This document shows, one piece after another, positions 29,527 to 39,379 of a stretch of 64,000 nt of DNA. The position numbers and the translations under genes are program-made. Location: positions 116,566-180,565 of the IMG/VR virus record IMGVR_UViG_3300048694_001005. One strand, written 5' to 3'. Source of the DNA: a virus. The number at the start of each line of letters is the position of its first letter. The stretch's first letter is position 1. The notes under the pieces are model-generated. The model had not been told where the DNA came from. It made no database searches and was given only the letters and a program-made list of their open reading frames with translations.

Positions 29527-29875
29527 TTATACAGATGCCTTTATTCGTGAGGCAGGTATAGATCCCAATTTACACACGGAAGTTTTTAATCGTTGGTGGT
29601 ATGCTCCTAAAGAACCTAATCTTAGATTAAGTGTACATGGATATGATTACCTAACCCAAGTGCTAAAGCTCACCAGTTACAAGATAGAACTGGGTGATGC
29701 GCAAAGCAAGTTGCTGTTACTGTTACAAAAGAAAATGGATAGCCCATACTATTTGCATCAACGGCGCAATTATGCGGTCTATTCGGATGTAAGTATTTTC
29801 GCCAGCAGTGATGCTACAATGATTCTCTTGGCTGACAATAACTTAGAGCGATACCTACGTGATATGAAAGGTTGA
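29495..29875 (+). CDS. Hypothetical protein
   Basis: ORF in operon context; start uncertain. Confidence 0.55.
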   Translation: MKKSFLKRKHDYTDAFIREAGIDPNLHTEVFNRWWYAPKEPNLRLSVHGYDYLTQVLKLTSYKIELGDAQSKLLLLLQKKMDSPYYLHQRRNYAVYSDVSIFASSDATMILLADNNLERYLRDMKG

Positions 29876-29906
29876 CAACATCAACCAAAACTGCTATACT
29901 AGCAGT

Positions 29907-30293
29907 ATGAAAAATATCCATTATAGGTATTTCAAAAACAGGTTTGCAGTTGATCGCAACTGGGGCAATGTCCACGAAGATTGCAGGGAAGCGATCTTTA
30001 ATTACCTTGCCTATGGTTATGACCCTGGTGGTTTTTTAACCGCAGTATTGACCAACGATCTCTACCGAGCTGCAGGAATTTCTGATTTTGAAAATAAAAA
30101 ACGCTTGGCATTTGTGGCTAACTTTGTGGCCATGAACCTGCCACTTGCATGTTACGGCACCGCAAAGAAAATGCGAGCTTGGATGGAATTGAGCAATGAA
30201 GATCGCGAAAAGATTATGACTGAAGCGCGGTTATTCCCAACATTGTTTGACATCATACGTGATCCCAACATGGAATCAGAGCCAAACTTTTAG
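29907..30293 (+). CDS. Hypothetical protein
   Basis: After TTGACA(29873)...TATACT promoter; GYDPGGFL.AVL.NDL motif. Confidence 0.6.
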   Translation: MKNIHYRYFKNRFAVDRNWGNVHEDCREAIFNYLAYGYDPGGFLTAVLTNDLYRAAGISDFENKKRLAFVANFVAMNLPLACYGTAKKMRAWMELSNEDREKIMTEARLFPTLFDIIRDPNMESEPNF

Positions 30294-30371
30294 TAATAAA
30301 TCAAGAATTTAGCGGTTGTTGACACAGCAGTAATTTGGTAGTATAATTGCTTTTTAACTTAGGAGTCTGGC

Positions 30372-30524
30372 ATGGAAAACTTTGTCATTGGTATCGACTA
30401 CGATCAACAAAATTTCAACTATCGTGCTGCACTGGCTGACGGTCAAGTAATTGAGCTTGATGCCGAATCCTATGAGGATGCGGTGTTGGAAGCTGACACG
30501 CTGGACCTTGAGCAGTATGCCTAA
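30372..30524 (+). CDS. Small acidic protein (50 aa, not in ORF track)
   Basis: SD AGGAG; promoter TTGACA(30319)-17-TATAAT. Confidence 0.6.
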   Translation: MENFVIGIDYDQQNFNYRAALADGQVIELDAESYEDAVLEADTLDLEQYA

Positions 30525-31305
30525 GGTAGATCTCGTTTCAGACCTGCATCTTGAATGCAAGGAACTCACGTTGCCCGGCGGTGATATTTTGGTCATCGCC
30601 GGGGACGCTATGGAGTTTAGGAATTATCTGCAGGCCTTTCACTCTACTAGGTCGCTGGGAGAACCTACAGATAGATTCCTACGTTTCTTTGAAGTAGAGT
30701 GCGCCAAGTATCAAACTGTTCTCTACTTGCCGGGCAATCACGAGTTTTATGGATCGGAGATTGAGTCCGTGTCACAGCGTATGCAGTCTGGCGTATTGCC
30801 TGACAACGTGCGAATACTTGATCGTTCAGTCTATGACGCTGGCGACGTTCTGTTTGTGGGTGCTACACTATGGACCAACTGCAACAATGGCGACTGGTAC
30901 ACTCACTATCACCTAAAACGCTGCATGAACGATTTCCATGTGATTAAGTATAAGGAAAAACGTTTTACCACTCATGATATGATTGATTTACACAATCGTG
31001 ACTTTAGCTATATCAAAACCGTAGTTGAGCAAAACGCTGATCGCAAGATCTTTGTGGCCACGCATCACACGCCCAGCTTCATTAACTGTGCAGCCAAATA
31101 CGCCAATGATAAGCTCATGAATGGTGGCTATCACACGGAATTGAGTGAGTTCATTTTGGATCACACCAACATCACACATTGGGCTTTTGGTCATACGCAT
31201 GAACCTTTTGATCATTACATTGGAACCTGCAGATTAGTATGCAATCCGCGTGGTTATTGGCCTCATGAAGGTAGCAAAGGCTACATGCCCAAGACCATAA
31301 TGTAA
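30517..31305 (+). CDS. Metallophosphoesterase (calcineurin-like)
   Basis: SDLH, AGD, GNHE, THH, GHTH motifs. Confidence 0.9.
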   Translation: MPKVDLVSDLHLECKELTLPGGDILVIAGDAMEFRNYLQAFHSTRSLGEPTDRFLRFFEVECAKYQTVLYLPGNHEFYGSEIESVSQRMQSGVLPDNVRILDRSVYDAGDVLFVGATLWTNCNNGDWYTHYHLKRCMNDFHVIKYKEKRFTTHDMIDLHNRDFSYIKTVVEQNADRKIFVATHHTPSFINCAAKYANDKLMNGGYHTELSEFILDHTNITHWAFGHTHEPFDHYIGTCRLVCNPRGYWPHEGSKGYMPKTIM

Positions 31306-31346
31306 TAAATACGTTACCCACTCGGAATGGGAAGGCGGTATTGATT

Positions 31347-31371
31347 AAGCCCTGAGAAATCAGGGCTTTTT
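31347..31371 (+). terminator. Rho-independent terminator
   Basis: AAGCCCTGA/TCAGGGCTT + T-run. Confidence 0.8.
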
Positions 31372-31680
31372 CATTATAGATTCTAGGTAAATACTGTGGA
31401 TCTATAATGAATAACTCTGTCGTAATACAACATAATCTTAACAGCACGTGACATAAAACCACTCTGTTCATAGAAGATCATTTAACTGAAATGATTCATT
31501 GGACTGAGTCGAATTGCAGAAGCAAGGTGCAATGTTTTGGAGTGCCAGGGGATAATAATGTGGTTGAATTTGTTTTTGAAAGCGGAGAAGACGCAGTGTT
31601 ATTTGCGCTCAAATGGAGTGGAAGTAGTTGCAATCAATAAATTTATAGTTTATACTTCGTAAATAACTCTTAAATAATAG

Positions 31681-33258
31681 ATGTGGTTTAATTTCTTAAC
31701 ATTAATCACCGCACTCACAATAAGTGGAGTAGCGGCCTATTACAGTATAATTGGCTTAACCGCCATCTTCGCTGCGGCGTTTTGGCCTATTGTTATTATG
31801 GGCAGCGTGTTGGAAGCTGGAAAAATTGTTACTAGTGTTTGGCTTAAGAAGTTTTGGCACAAAACAAGTTGGCAGTTAAAAACCTATTTGACTTTCGCAG
31901 TATCTATTTTAATGCTCATAACAAGTATGGGTATATTTGGCTTTCTTAGCAAAGCCCACATGGATCAAGGAGTACCTTCTGGGGATATCGCCGCACAGGT
32001 CAGTTTGATTGACGAAAAGATTAAGACACAGCGTGATAATATCGAAGCTAACCGCAAAGCACTGGCACAAATGGATGCAACTGTTGATCAAACTATCAGT
32101 CGCAGTAGCACAGAGCAAGGAGCCACCAACGCAGCTAATCTACGTCGTAGCCAACAGCGAGAACGTGGTGCATTGCAGAATGAGATCGCCACCGCACAAA
32201 AGGCTATAGCTAAGTTGAATGAAGAACGTGCTCCGGTGGCCAGCCAATTGCGCAAAGTTGAAGCAGAAGTTGGTCCCATCAAATACGTAGCTGCATTGAT
32301 CTACGGTGACAATCCTGATCAAAACCTATTAGAAAAGGCAGTGCGTTGGGTTATCATTATATTAGTTTTGGTGTTTGATCCTTTAGCGGTAGCTCTTATA
32401 TTAGCAGCAAACAGTAGTATGCGTTGGCAACAAGAAGCACCACAGCAAAGTAAAGAATCAAACACGGAACCTAAAATAGAAGCGGATGGTAATGATCTAG
32501 AAGATATAAATCAAAAGTTAGGTGCTATTCCGCAGCAGGTTGACGCCGAAGCGGAGGCTATTGCTAGTACTGTACAGGAAACAGCCCATAGCGATCTGCA
32601 GGTGGAGCGAGATAGATTATTTGTGGCACATAGCGCGGAGTTAACTAGAGCGGATCAATTACAAATTGCGTTGGATAATAAGCAGCAAGAGTTAAACAAT
32701 GCGCAAGAGCAGTTACTACAAAAAGAACAGGAACTATCAGAAATAGCTGATAAATTAACAGAATACTTGTCTTCAACACCGCAGACTGCTGAAACAGATG
32801 CTCAAACATTACAAAAAGAGTCGGAAATCTTTTTATTAAAAGAAACAATAAACCAGCAGCAAACAAAGATTGCTGACCTACAAAAACATATAGATGATTT
32901 AGAACAATTACGTGGACTTTACAAGTTAGTTGAGCAGATGCGTGGAGAACCAGAAGGAGTAGACCTTAATCAAAAAAACCAACCTAGCGAAGCAGGTTTT
33001 GGTTCAGATTTCCCCAACAATCCACGCAAGTCAGACATGTTTGTGCGAGTAGATATGTTGCCACATAAAGTATTTAAATTCAATGGTAACAAGTGGATAG
33101 AAGTAGACAAAAATTCAACTGACACATACATTTTTAATGATGAATACGTACGACATTTGGTGGATATGCTAGCACGTGGGGAAATAGAGTTGGACCATAT
33201 CAACGAAACCGAGCAGGCACAAATAAAAGCATTGCTGCGTAGAGAAAGTCGTGGCTAG
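31681..33258 (+). CDS. Membrane-anchored coiled-coil protein
   Basis: Several N-terminal TM segments, long heptad regions, further TM near FDPLAVAL. Confidence 0.7.
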   Translation: MWFNFLTLITALTISGVAAYYSIIGLTAIFAAAFWPIVIMGSVLEAGKIVTSVWLKKFWHKTSWQLKTYLTFAVSILMLITSMGIFGFLSKAHMDQGVPSGDIAAQVSLIDEKIKTQRDNIEANRKALAQMDATVDQTISRSSTEQGATNAANLRRSQQRERGALQNEIATAQKAIAKLNEERAPVASQLRKVEAEVGPIKYVAALIYGDNPDQNLLEKAVRWVIIILVLVFDPLAVALILAANSSMRWQQEAPQQSKESNTEPKIEADGNDLEDINQKLGAIPQQVDAEAEAIASTVQETAHSDLQVERDRLFVAHSAELTRADQLQIALDNKQQELNNAQEQLLQKEQELSEIADKLTEYLSSTPQTAETDAQTLQKESEIFLLKETINQQQTKIADLQKHIDDLEQLRGLYKLVEQMRGEPEGVDLNQKNQPSEAGFGSDFPNNPRKSDMFVRVDMLPHKVFKFNGNKWIEVDKNSTDTYIFNDEYVRHLVDMLARGEIELDHINETEQAQIKALLRRESRG

Positions 33259-33556
33259 CAAAATCAAATTAATAACACCTCCAGATTCTATCAATGATAG
33301 TGGGTGTAATGTATTGCTAATTAACATAACCATGGAAAATTTGACTAAATTAATTAATGATTTATGGGATCATGATCTTGCTTTAAACCTATATTTGTGC
33401 AATAATTTAGATGATGCTTGGCTGGATACAGTCTTACCAAAGATGTCTAAAATATTAGCATATGATGTAGCCGCATACAGTGCAAAATTATGCGATCATA
33501 TTGGATTCGCTAAATATCGAAACTATGAGGAAATACTAAATGAACTTTCAACGTGA
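33251..33556 (+). CDS. Hypothetical protein
   Basis: GTG start overlapping upstream stop. Confidence 0.5.
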   Translation: MASKIKLITPPDSINDSGCNVLLINITMENLTKLINDLWDHDLALNLYLCNNLDDAWLDTVLPKMSKILAYDVAAYSAKLCDHIGFAKYRNYEEILNELST

Positions 33557-33566
33557 AGATAACAGG

Positions 33567-33785
33567 ATGTGTAAGGGTTCCACAGTAGAAGTTAAAAATG
33601 ATAACTTTGAAAAGGCTGTACGTAAATGGAAGAAAAAGGTACAGGAAAGTGGATTAATGAATGATTTACGTGAGCGCGAAGCTTATGAAAAACCCACGGT
33701 GAAACGCAAACGTCTTAAAAATCTGGCACGTCGTCGTTGGCAAAAATGGTTACAAAGCCAACAGCTTCCAGCCAAAAATTATTGA
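33567..33785 (+). CDS. rpsU: Ribosomal protein bS21 homolog
   Basis: V.VKNDNFEKAVRKWKKKV ... REAYEKPTVKRKR signature. Confidence 0.88.
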   Translation: MCKGSTVEVKNDNFEKAVRKWKKKVQESGLMNDLREREAYEKPTVKRKRLKNLARRRWQKWLQSQQLPAKNY

Positions 33786-33881
33786 CAATTACGGGTATAT
33801 CCTGTATAAATACTATTGTAACAAATGCCCATGGTGGGGTTTGTTACAGTAAAATGTTCGCTTAATTTTAAGGAGACAATT

Positions 33882-34313
33882 ATGAACAAACTAACTACTC
33901 TTGATTTATCCCCCTTTTATCGCAATTCCGTTGGACTGGATCGACTGTTTGATACCATGTTGAACCGTGGTGACAACAACGTCAATGCAGGTTACCCTCC
34001 CTATAACTTGATCAAAAATGATGATGATCACTATGAAGTTCAGTTGGCTTTAGCTGGTTTTAAAAGTACCGAGATCGATGTCAGTGTAAAAGATGGTCAG
34101 TTAATCGTCAAGGCAGATCGTGCTGAAACTGAGGAATCTGGCGAATACATACATCGTGGTATTGGGGTACGTAGTTTTATACGCACCTTCCAACTAGGGG
34201 ATTATGTTGAAGTAGTGACCGCGCAGTTAGTTGACGGCATACTGAGCATTAAACTAGAACGTTTAGTGCCAGAAGGCTTGAAACCTCGCAAGATCACTAT
34301 TGAAACAAAATAA
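33882..34313 (+). CDS. Small heat shock protein Hsp20 (IbpA-like)
   Basis: GLDRLFD, YPPYNL, LAGF, YIHRGI..RSF, DGILSI. Confidence 0.95.
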   Translation: MNKLTTLDLSPFYRNSVGLDRLFDTMLNRGDNNVNAGYPPYNLIKNDDDHYEVQLALAGFKSTEIDVSVKDGQLIVKADRAETEESGEYIHRGIGVRSFIRTFQLGDYVEVVTAQLVDGILSIKLERLVPEGLKPRKITIETK

Positions 34314-34369
34314 GCGGTGTAAATACAGTGGGGGAGTAAAATCCCCCACACTAAAATGGCAGAAAGGCT

Positions 34370-34672
34370 ATGAGCGTAGAAATTAAAGAAGTGATTAAAG
34401 TCGATACAACCGTTACCCCTCCTGTAGATTTTAACGTAATTTACGAAAATGACGAAGTAACTACTCAGGATTTTGTTGTAGAAACGTTAGTATTAATTTT
34501 TAACCATGATCAACCTCATGCAGAAGAATTAACTATGCGTGTGCACACTGAAGGTCGTGCGGTTGTTGCAACATTGCCTTATGAGATAGCAGAGCAAAAA
34601 GGTGTAGAAGTTACTATGCTTGCTCGCAACAATGGATTTCCTTTGTCCATCAAATTAGAACCCAATACATGA
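34370..34672 (+). CDS. clpS: ATP-dependent Clp protease adaptor ClpS
   Basis: ENDEVTTQDFVV, VHTEGRAVV, AEQK, FPL motifs. Confidence 0.9.
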   Translation: MSVEIKEVIKVDTTVTPPVDFNVIYENDEVTTQDFVVETLVLIFNHDQPHAEELTMRVHTEGRAVVATLPYEIAEQKGVEVTMLARNNGFPLSIKLEPNT

Positions 34673-35160
34673 TTATTCAAAACGGCAAGGAACAGCGTGT
34701 TGGCTTTACGGCCAGCGCCTTTGATTTGCTTCATGCTGGGCATATAAGCATGTTACATGAAGCCAAACAACAATGCGATTATTTGATCTGTGGCTTACAA
34801 AACGATCCCACTGCGGATAGACCCACAAAGAATCGCCCAGTGCAAAGTGTAGTTGAACGACAAATCCAGCTTAAAGCCTGCAGGTATGTGGATGAAATTT
34901 GGGTTTACAACACGGAAAAAGAACTAGAAGACCTATTACTGACTTTGCCCATAGATATAAGGATCCTGGGTGTAGAGTATCAGGATAAGGACTTTACAGG
35001 TAAAAAGATCTGCGAACATAGAAATATTGATCTTTATTACAACAAAAGAGATCATAGTTTCAGCAGCAGTGATCTTAGGCGCAGAGTATATCAAGCTGAG
35101 TTTTTCAAAAACGCAACTGATCAAATTGATTTTGACGTAGATCCAGAAAACGTCGTATAA
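34669..35160 (+). CDS. Cytidylyltransferase (TagD-like)
   Basis: FDLLHAGH, ER..QL.AC.YVD, FSSS. Confidence 0.85.
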   Translation: MIIQNGKEQRVGFTASAFDLLHAGHISMLHEAKQQCDYLICGLQNDPTADRPTKNRPVQSVVERQIQLKACRYVDEIWVYNTEKELEDLLLTLPIDIRILGVEYQDKDFTGKKICEHRNIDLYYNKRDHSFSSSDLRRRVYQAEFFKNATDQIDFDVDPENVV

Positions 35161-35166
35161 TACACG

Positions 35167-35703
35167 ATGGATGTAACAATCGATTTAGAAACTCTGGACT
35201 TTAGGCCCACGTCAGTTGTATTGACGCTGGGTGCTATCAAGTTTGACCCCTATAGCAGTCGTGAGCCGGGCCCTGGTTATTATGTGAGATTTAATGTAGA
35301 CCAGCAGTTAGCTCTGGGCAGAACTGTGGATGATGCCACACTAAAGTGGTGGCGGCAACAGCCCGACCACATTCGTGATGAGGCTATGCAGGAACAGGAT
35401 CGCACAGACATAAATCAAGCATTGGATGAGTTATGCAAATTCCTAGTAGGTGTTGACAATATATGGGCGCAGGGCCCGGTGTTTGATATAGCTATGCTGG
35501 AGAATCTACTAAGTCAATTGAAGCGGCCCTATCCCTGGCAGTATTATCAAATACGTGACAGTAGAACACTGTTTGGCCTTGGCTGGGATCCGCGACGAGA
35601 GATGCGAACTGAAGCGCACAATGCACTGGCTGACTGTTATTATCAAAGCATCGCAGTGCAAAAGGTCTACGCAAAATTTGGTATCAAAAAGGATAGCAAG
35701 TGA
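35167..35703 (+). CDS. DEDDh 3'-5' exonuclease
   Basis: IDLETL, WAQGP.FDI, RD.RT, HNALADC. Confidence 0.8.
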   Translation: MDVTIDLETLDFRPTSVVLTLGAIKFDPYSSREPGPGYYVRFNVDQQLALGRTVDDATLKWWRQQPDHIRDEAMQEQDRTDINQALDELCKFLVGVDNIWAQGPVFDIAMLENLLSQLKRPYPWQYYQIRDSRTLFGLGWDPRREMRTEAHNALADCYYQSIAVQKVYAKFGIKKDSK

Positions 35704-36584
35704 GAAGTATTTTTGGTTTAATTTTATTTATTGGTTTTATCGCGCCGTTGCATGCACAAAATAACCTACAAATTGTGGTACCATTCGCTGCTGGTGGTCT
35801 CAACGACAGGTTGGCAAGACTGCTAGCATTGCAAATACCCAATGTTATCGTGGAAAATATCACAGGTGCTGGTGGGCTTGTGGGGGCAAATGCAGTAGCT
35901 AAAACAAATAAATTAGAAAATATGGTAGTGTTACACAGTGACGCTATTATGATTGCACCAATGCTTGCTACCGAAAAATTCTACACATTTCCGCAAGACT
36001 TTTCGTGCATTGCTGAAATAGGTGAAACTTACTTAGTTCTTTATAAATCTAAAAAAGCAAATTTCCCACCAAAAAACAACGAAATTTTGACCATTGCTGA
36101 TGGTGGCTTTGGTTCTACTGCTAATCTTGCAAGCACTTTATTAAAACAATATGTAAACGTCACACACATAAATTATAGAGGTGCTGCCCCCGCATTGGTT
36201 GGATTCTTGGCCGGAGATACTAATTTTTTAATGGAATTTGCTCCAATTGGAAAGGAACATGTTAATCGAGGAACAATAGATGTTGTTGCAGTGACTTCTC
36301 TTAAACGTCAAAGTGACTTTCCAACTGCGCCAACATTTCATGAACTAGGATATAAAAATGTCGTGGTAACTCCCACGATATTTGTTTTCGGCAATACGAA
36401 AATGTCGGTCCAAAGAAAACTAGAGTTAAATCAGAAATTAAATCAAATAATGGCATCTAATACAATGACTGCGCAGTTAGAACAAATTTCTGTTAAACAC
36501 ACAAGTTATGACTTAGAACAATGTCAAAATGCAGTAAGTCGAATTCACAGTAGATGGCAAAATGTCCTCAATGCCGTTAAATAA
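35700..36584 (+). CDS. Bug/TctC tripartite tricarboxylate transporter substrate-binding protein
   Basis: Signal peptide; VVPFAAGG..D..AR, VENITGAGG..G, YRGAAPA, PTF.ELGY. Confidence 0.85.
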   Translation: MRSIFGLILFIGFIAPLHAQNNLQIVVPFAAGGLNDRLARLLALQIPNVIVENITGAGGLVGANAVAKTNKLENMVVLHSDAIMIAPMLATEKFYTFPQDFSCIAEIGETYLVLYKSKKANFPPKNNEILTIADGGFGSTANLASTLLKQYVNVTHINYRGAAPALVGFLAGDTNFLMEFAPIGKEHVNRGTIDVVAVTSLKRQSDFPTAPTFHELGYKNVVVTPTIFVFGNTKMSVQRKLELNQKLNQIMASNTMTAQLEQISVKHTSYDLEQCQNAVSRIHSRWQNVLNAVK

Positions 36585-37710
36585 CCCTGATATCTTTGGA
36601 TATTATACGGTAGGTGGTTACAAAACCTATAGCAAATTAGAAGCCATTGAGTTACACACCAAAACTGGAATACACCCGTCTTGGCATTTTAACGATGAAG
36701 TTTTTAGGTCATACGATTGGACTAAAGAGCCCGATCTATCGCTACCCGAGTTGTACAAAATTAGAGCACAGCAAATCCGTGAAAAATACGACTACATAGT
36801 TTTGTTTTACAGTAGCGGTGCAGACAGTCAAAACGTACTGAATACCTTTATACAAAATGATATTCATTTGGATGAAATTTTAAGTTTATGGGCTAAGGAT
36901 GGTGATGGTAGTTATGACACCTTTTTTAATCGAGAGATTTATCATGATGCAATCCCCCAAGTACAGTCAATTTTAAAAAAAGATCCTACAGTTAAGCATC
37001 GATTAGTTGATTTGACATATATTATAGATAAACTTTATAATGACAAGAATATAAAATTTGATTTTTTATATGACATGAACGGAATGTTTAGCCCTAATAA
37101 CTATGCCAGAAGCTTTATTAGGGAATTAACACCTGAATTTAAAGATATTATTGATAGTGGCAAAAAGATGTGTTTTTTATATGGCAGCGAAAAACCCAGG
37201 ATTTATAAACAATCAGGCAAATATTGTCTTAAATTTTTAGATTTAATCGATAGTGTGGTTAGTCCAAGAACACAAAGACTAAATAGATCCTGGGAAAATA
37301 ACGAACTTTTTTATTGGTCACCAGACCTGCCGCAACTAATTATTAAACAAGCACATCTAGTTATCAACTTTCTAAAGTCAGCGAAAGTTGATCCTATTTA
37401 TTTTAGTGACACCCCGGTGTATGGTAACTTTGGCACAACCGAAATAGACGGTAAAATATATTATCTCACAGCTCATGGTGTTCATCAAATCTTATATGGT
37501 TTTATGAATCGCAATATTTACAAATCTCCCAGCGTAGTTTTCAGTAAGAGAGATTTTTGGTTTTTAAAAAACCCGCATCATTTAATTAGTGCCACAAATT
37601 ATATGAATGGTATCAAAAAACTATCCGATATTTTACCAAAATATTGGTTAAATGGCACTATTGATAAAGGAATAAAGGGTTGCATTAGTCAGCCCTATTG
37701 GTTAGAATGA
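36571..37710 (+). CDS. PP-loop protein (paralog of 58546-59661)
   Basis: LFYSSGADS; shares FG.Y.VG.YKTYSK.EAIE, ELFYWSPD.P with paralog. Confidence 0.6.
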   Translation: MPLNNPDIFGYYTVGGYKTYSKLEAIELHTKTGIHPSWHFNDEVFRSYDWTKEPDLSLPELYKIRAQQIREKYDYIVLFYSSGADSQNVLNTFIQNDIHLDEILSLWAKDGDGSYDTFFNREIYHDAIPQVQSILKKDPTVKHRLVDLTYIIDKLYNDKNIKFDFLYDMNGMFSPNNYARSFIRELTPEFKDIIDSGKKMCFLYGSEKPRIYKQSGKYCLKFLDLIDSVVSPRTQRLNRSWENNELFYWSPDLPQLIIKQAHLVINFLKSAKVDPIYFSDTPVYGNFGTTEIDGKIYYLTAHGVHQILYGFMNRNIYKSPSVVFSKRDFWFLKNPHHLISATNYMNGIKKLSDILPKYWLNGTIDKGIKGCISQPYWLE

Positions 37711-37976
37711 GCAAATACGAACCAAGAGTAAAAGAAATACGCGAGTTAGCTGACGCCATGAATTGGAAGATCAGTTGGCGCCGACGCGGTTCACGTGTCT
37801 ATGTAACTGTGATTACAAAGGATGGTAATCCGCTGTTGGGTGGGTATGATAATGTTCGAGAGTTTTTACAACGGTATTATAAAAATGTAGAAATAACCGC
37901 AGGTGGATATGGACGTTGGCATTTTTTGGTATATGACCTAATAGAATTACTAAAAGGAGAATGCAGTGCAGATTGA
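37707..37976 (+). CDS. Hypothetical protein
   Basis: Coupled ATGA overlap. Confidence 0.5.
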   Translation: MSKYEPRVKEIRELADAMNWKISWRRRGSRVYVTVITKDGNPLLGGYDNVREFLQRYYKNVEITAGGYGRWHFLVYDLIELLKGECSAD

Positions 37977-38394
37977 TCTAGAAAAATACAAAGAGTTTGT
38001 GGAGGCAGTAACTAGCGAGCCCAGTAATAACCTAACAGCTTTTATGAATCGCTGTGACGAACTGGATGCTAACTATGACAATGGTCAGCATGGACCGAAT
38101 ATCAATGTTCCATTATTGCTTACCGCATGCCTGGGTCTTGCAGCAGAATCCGGCGAGTTCATTGAAATTCCCAAAAAGATCTTCTTTCAGGGTAAACCAC
38201 TCAACGAAGAAAACGTATTCCATATGAAACGTGAATTGGGCGACCTTCTTTGGTATTGGGTCAATGCTTGCCGTGCATTAAATCTTGACCCCAATGATGT
38301 CATTGCAGAAAATGTGCGCAAACTGGAAGCGCGTTATCCCGGTGGTTCCTTTAACGTATATAACAGTGAGAATCGTAAAGATGGAGACATATAA
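37966..38394 (+). CDS. MazG-like nucleotide pyrophosphohydrolase
   Basis: GLAAESGEF..I.KK, KRELGDLLWY, N..KL..RYP. Confidence 0.85.
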   Translation: MQIDLEKYKEFVEAVTSEPSNNLTAFMNRCDELDANYDNGQHGPNINVPLLLTACLGLAAESGEFIEIPKKIFFQGKPLNEENVFHMKRELGDLLWYWVNACRALNLDPNDVIAENVRKLEARYPGGSFNVYNSENRKDGDI

Positions 38395-38737
38395 TTTAGG
38401 TGATGATCTGGCAAAATGCCAGTGGTTGGTTAACAAAGTGAAGACCAGCGAAACCTATGCGCAGAATCTTTATGCATCTCTTTGTAATATGCGGTGGCAA
38501 CGAGCCGAAGCTTGGCCCATATTAAAGGGCGAATTATGTGGCTATACTTGGCGCAGTGCCGGTGGTTTGATAGCTGATTTGCGCGAAGAAGGTGATTACC
38601 TCACGTGGTATTGCAGTGGTATTGGCGATGATAAACTTACACAGGGATATGTAGGCGAGGGAGTAGTTACTGATGAAATACGTGATGATCTAAAACGCTT
38701 GGGATGGTTCCCTGTTCCCTACGACGATGATCTGTAA
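38360..38737 (+). CDS. Hypothetical protein
   Basis: YAQNLYA.LCN, WR.AGG.IA motif; start approximate. Confidence 0.55.
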   Translation: MTVRIVKMETYNLGDDLAKCQWLVNKVKTSETYAQNLYASLCNMRWQRAEAWPILKGELCGYTWRSAGGLIADLREEGDYLTWYCSGIGDDKLTQGYVGEGVVTDEIRDDLKRLGWFPVPYDDDL

Positions 38738-38770
38738 AATCAAGCGGTTAGAAAATATTTCATCAAAATA

Positions 38771-38810
38771 ATAAAAAATGCTTGACCGCAGGTATAAATA
38801 AAGTTATATT
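38771..38810 (+). promoter_or_regulatory. Composite promoter of tRNA operon 1
   Basis: TTGACC(38782)-17-TATATT with embedded TATAAATA; 32 bp identical to 45857-45888. Confidence 0.8.
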
Positions 38811-38832
38811 AGATGCACAGTTAAACAAAGAG

Positions 38833-38934
38833 ATGAACATGAAAACCTATTTCAACAACCAAAGCAATCAGCAAAATCAGAGTGATAATAACTCTGATAG
38901 CGCACGGCTTTTGGGTGAAGGATGGGATGAATAA
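38833..38934 (+). CDS. Leader peptide rich in Asn/Gln/Ser/Asp (attenuator 1)
   Basis: MNMKTYFNNQSNQQNQSDNNSDSARLLGEGWDE*; codons 8-23 all N/Q/S/D. Confidence 0.7.
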   Translation: MNMKTYFNNQSNQQNQSDNNSDSARLLGEGWDE

Positions 38935-38957
38935 GTAACAACAGATTCCAACAAAGA

Positions 38958-38987
38958 CCCCAGAAGCCCAAAGCGACTGGGGTTTTT
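38958..38987 (+). terminator. Attenuator terminator 1
   Basis: CCCCAG/CTGGGG + TTTTT; left arm also pairs with 38906-38915. Confidence 0.8.
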
Positions 38988-38996
38988 CATTGCTGT

Positions 38997-39099
38997 ATGT
39001 GTGGCGCAACGCGGGCGCGGCAGGCACATTAAACATCTGTAAAAAGGGCGGCCTGGTGGATGAACTCCCTCTTGTGGGACGAAAAATACCAGCGTAATA
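38997..39099 (+). ncRNA. Unknown structured RNA, copy 1
   Basis: Aligns with 46120-46226 with compensatory changes in four helices. Confidence 0.7.
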
Positions 39100-39105
39100 T
39101 TTTGT

Positions 39106-39182
39106 AGGGGTGAGATGCGACGGGAAGCATACCAGCCTTTGAAGTTGGGTCTTAGTGGGTTCGAATCCCTCCACCCCCGCCA
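39106..39182 (+). tRNA. tRNA-Gln(TTG)
   Basis: Anticodon arm CCAGC-CTTTGAA-GTTGG; TTCGAAT; CCA. Confidence 0.85.
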
Positions 39183-39202
39183 AAATGTTAAGTGTTATTT
39201 GT

Positions 39203-39289
39203 TCCGGAGTACCCGAGTTGGTAGCAGGGGGCAGACTGTTAATCTGTTGCGCGGAAGCGCCATCGCTGGTTCGAGCCCAGCCTCCGGAG
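39203..39289 (+). tRNA. tRNA-Asn(GTT) with long variable arm, no encoded CCA
   Basis: GCAGA-CTGTTAA-TCTGT; acceptor TCCGGAG/CTCCGGA. Confidence 0.85.
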
Positions 39290-39303
39290 CAAATAACATT
39301 TAT

Positions 39304-39379
39304 ACCGTAGAGTCCACCGGGTGGTGATACCTGACTGTCTATCAGGTCGCGGCGGGTTCGAGTCCCGTCTACGGTGCCA
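39304..39379 (+). tRNA. tRNA-Asp(GTC)
   Basis: CCTGA-CTGTCTA-TCAGG; CCA. Confidence 0.88.

Noticed and set aside
34328-34349. GTGGGGGA/TCCCCCAC hairpin after hsp20 as a strong terminator
   Set aside because: No T-tract follows; may be a stabilising hairpin only.
1552-37000. Numerous short - strand ORFs antisense to long + strand genes
   Set aside because: Shadow frames of real genes, lacking SD sites and motifs.
38821-39183. Track ORFs over the tRNA island (38821-39183 -, 39239-39499 -, 47873-48226 +, 50783-51076 +, 56033-56401 -, 58264-58557 -, 61771-62154 +)
   Set aside because: They overlap clear tRNA cloverleaves or RNA elements and have no recognisable protein features.
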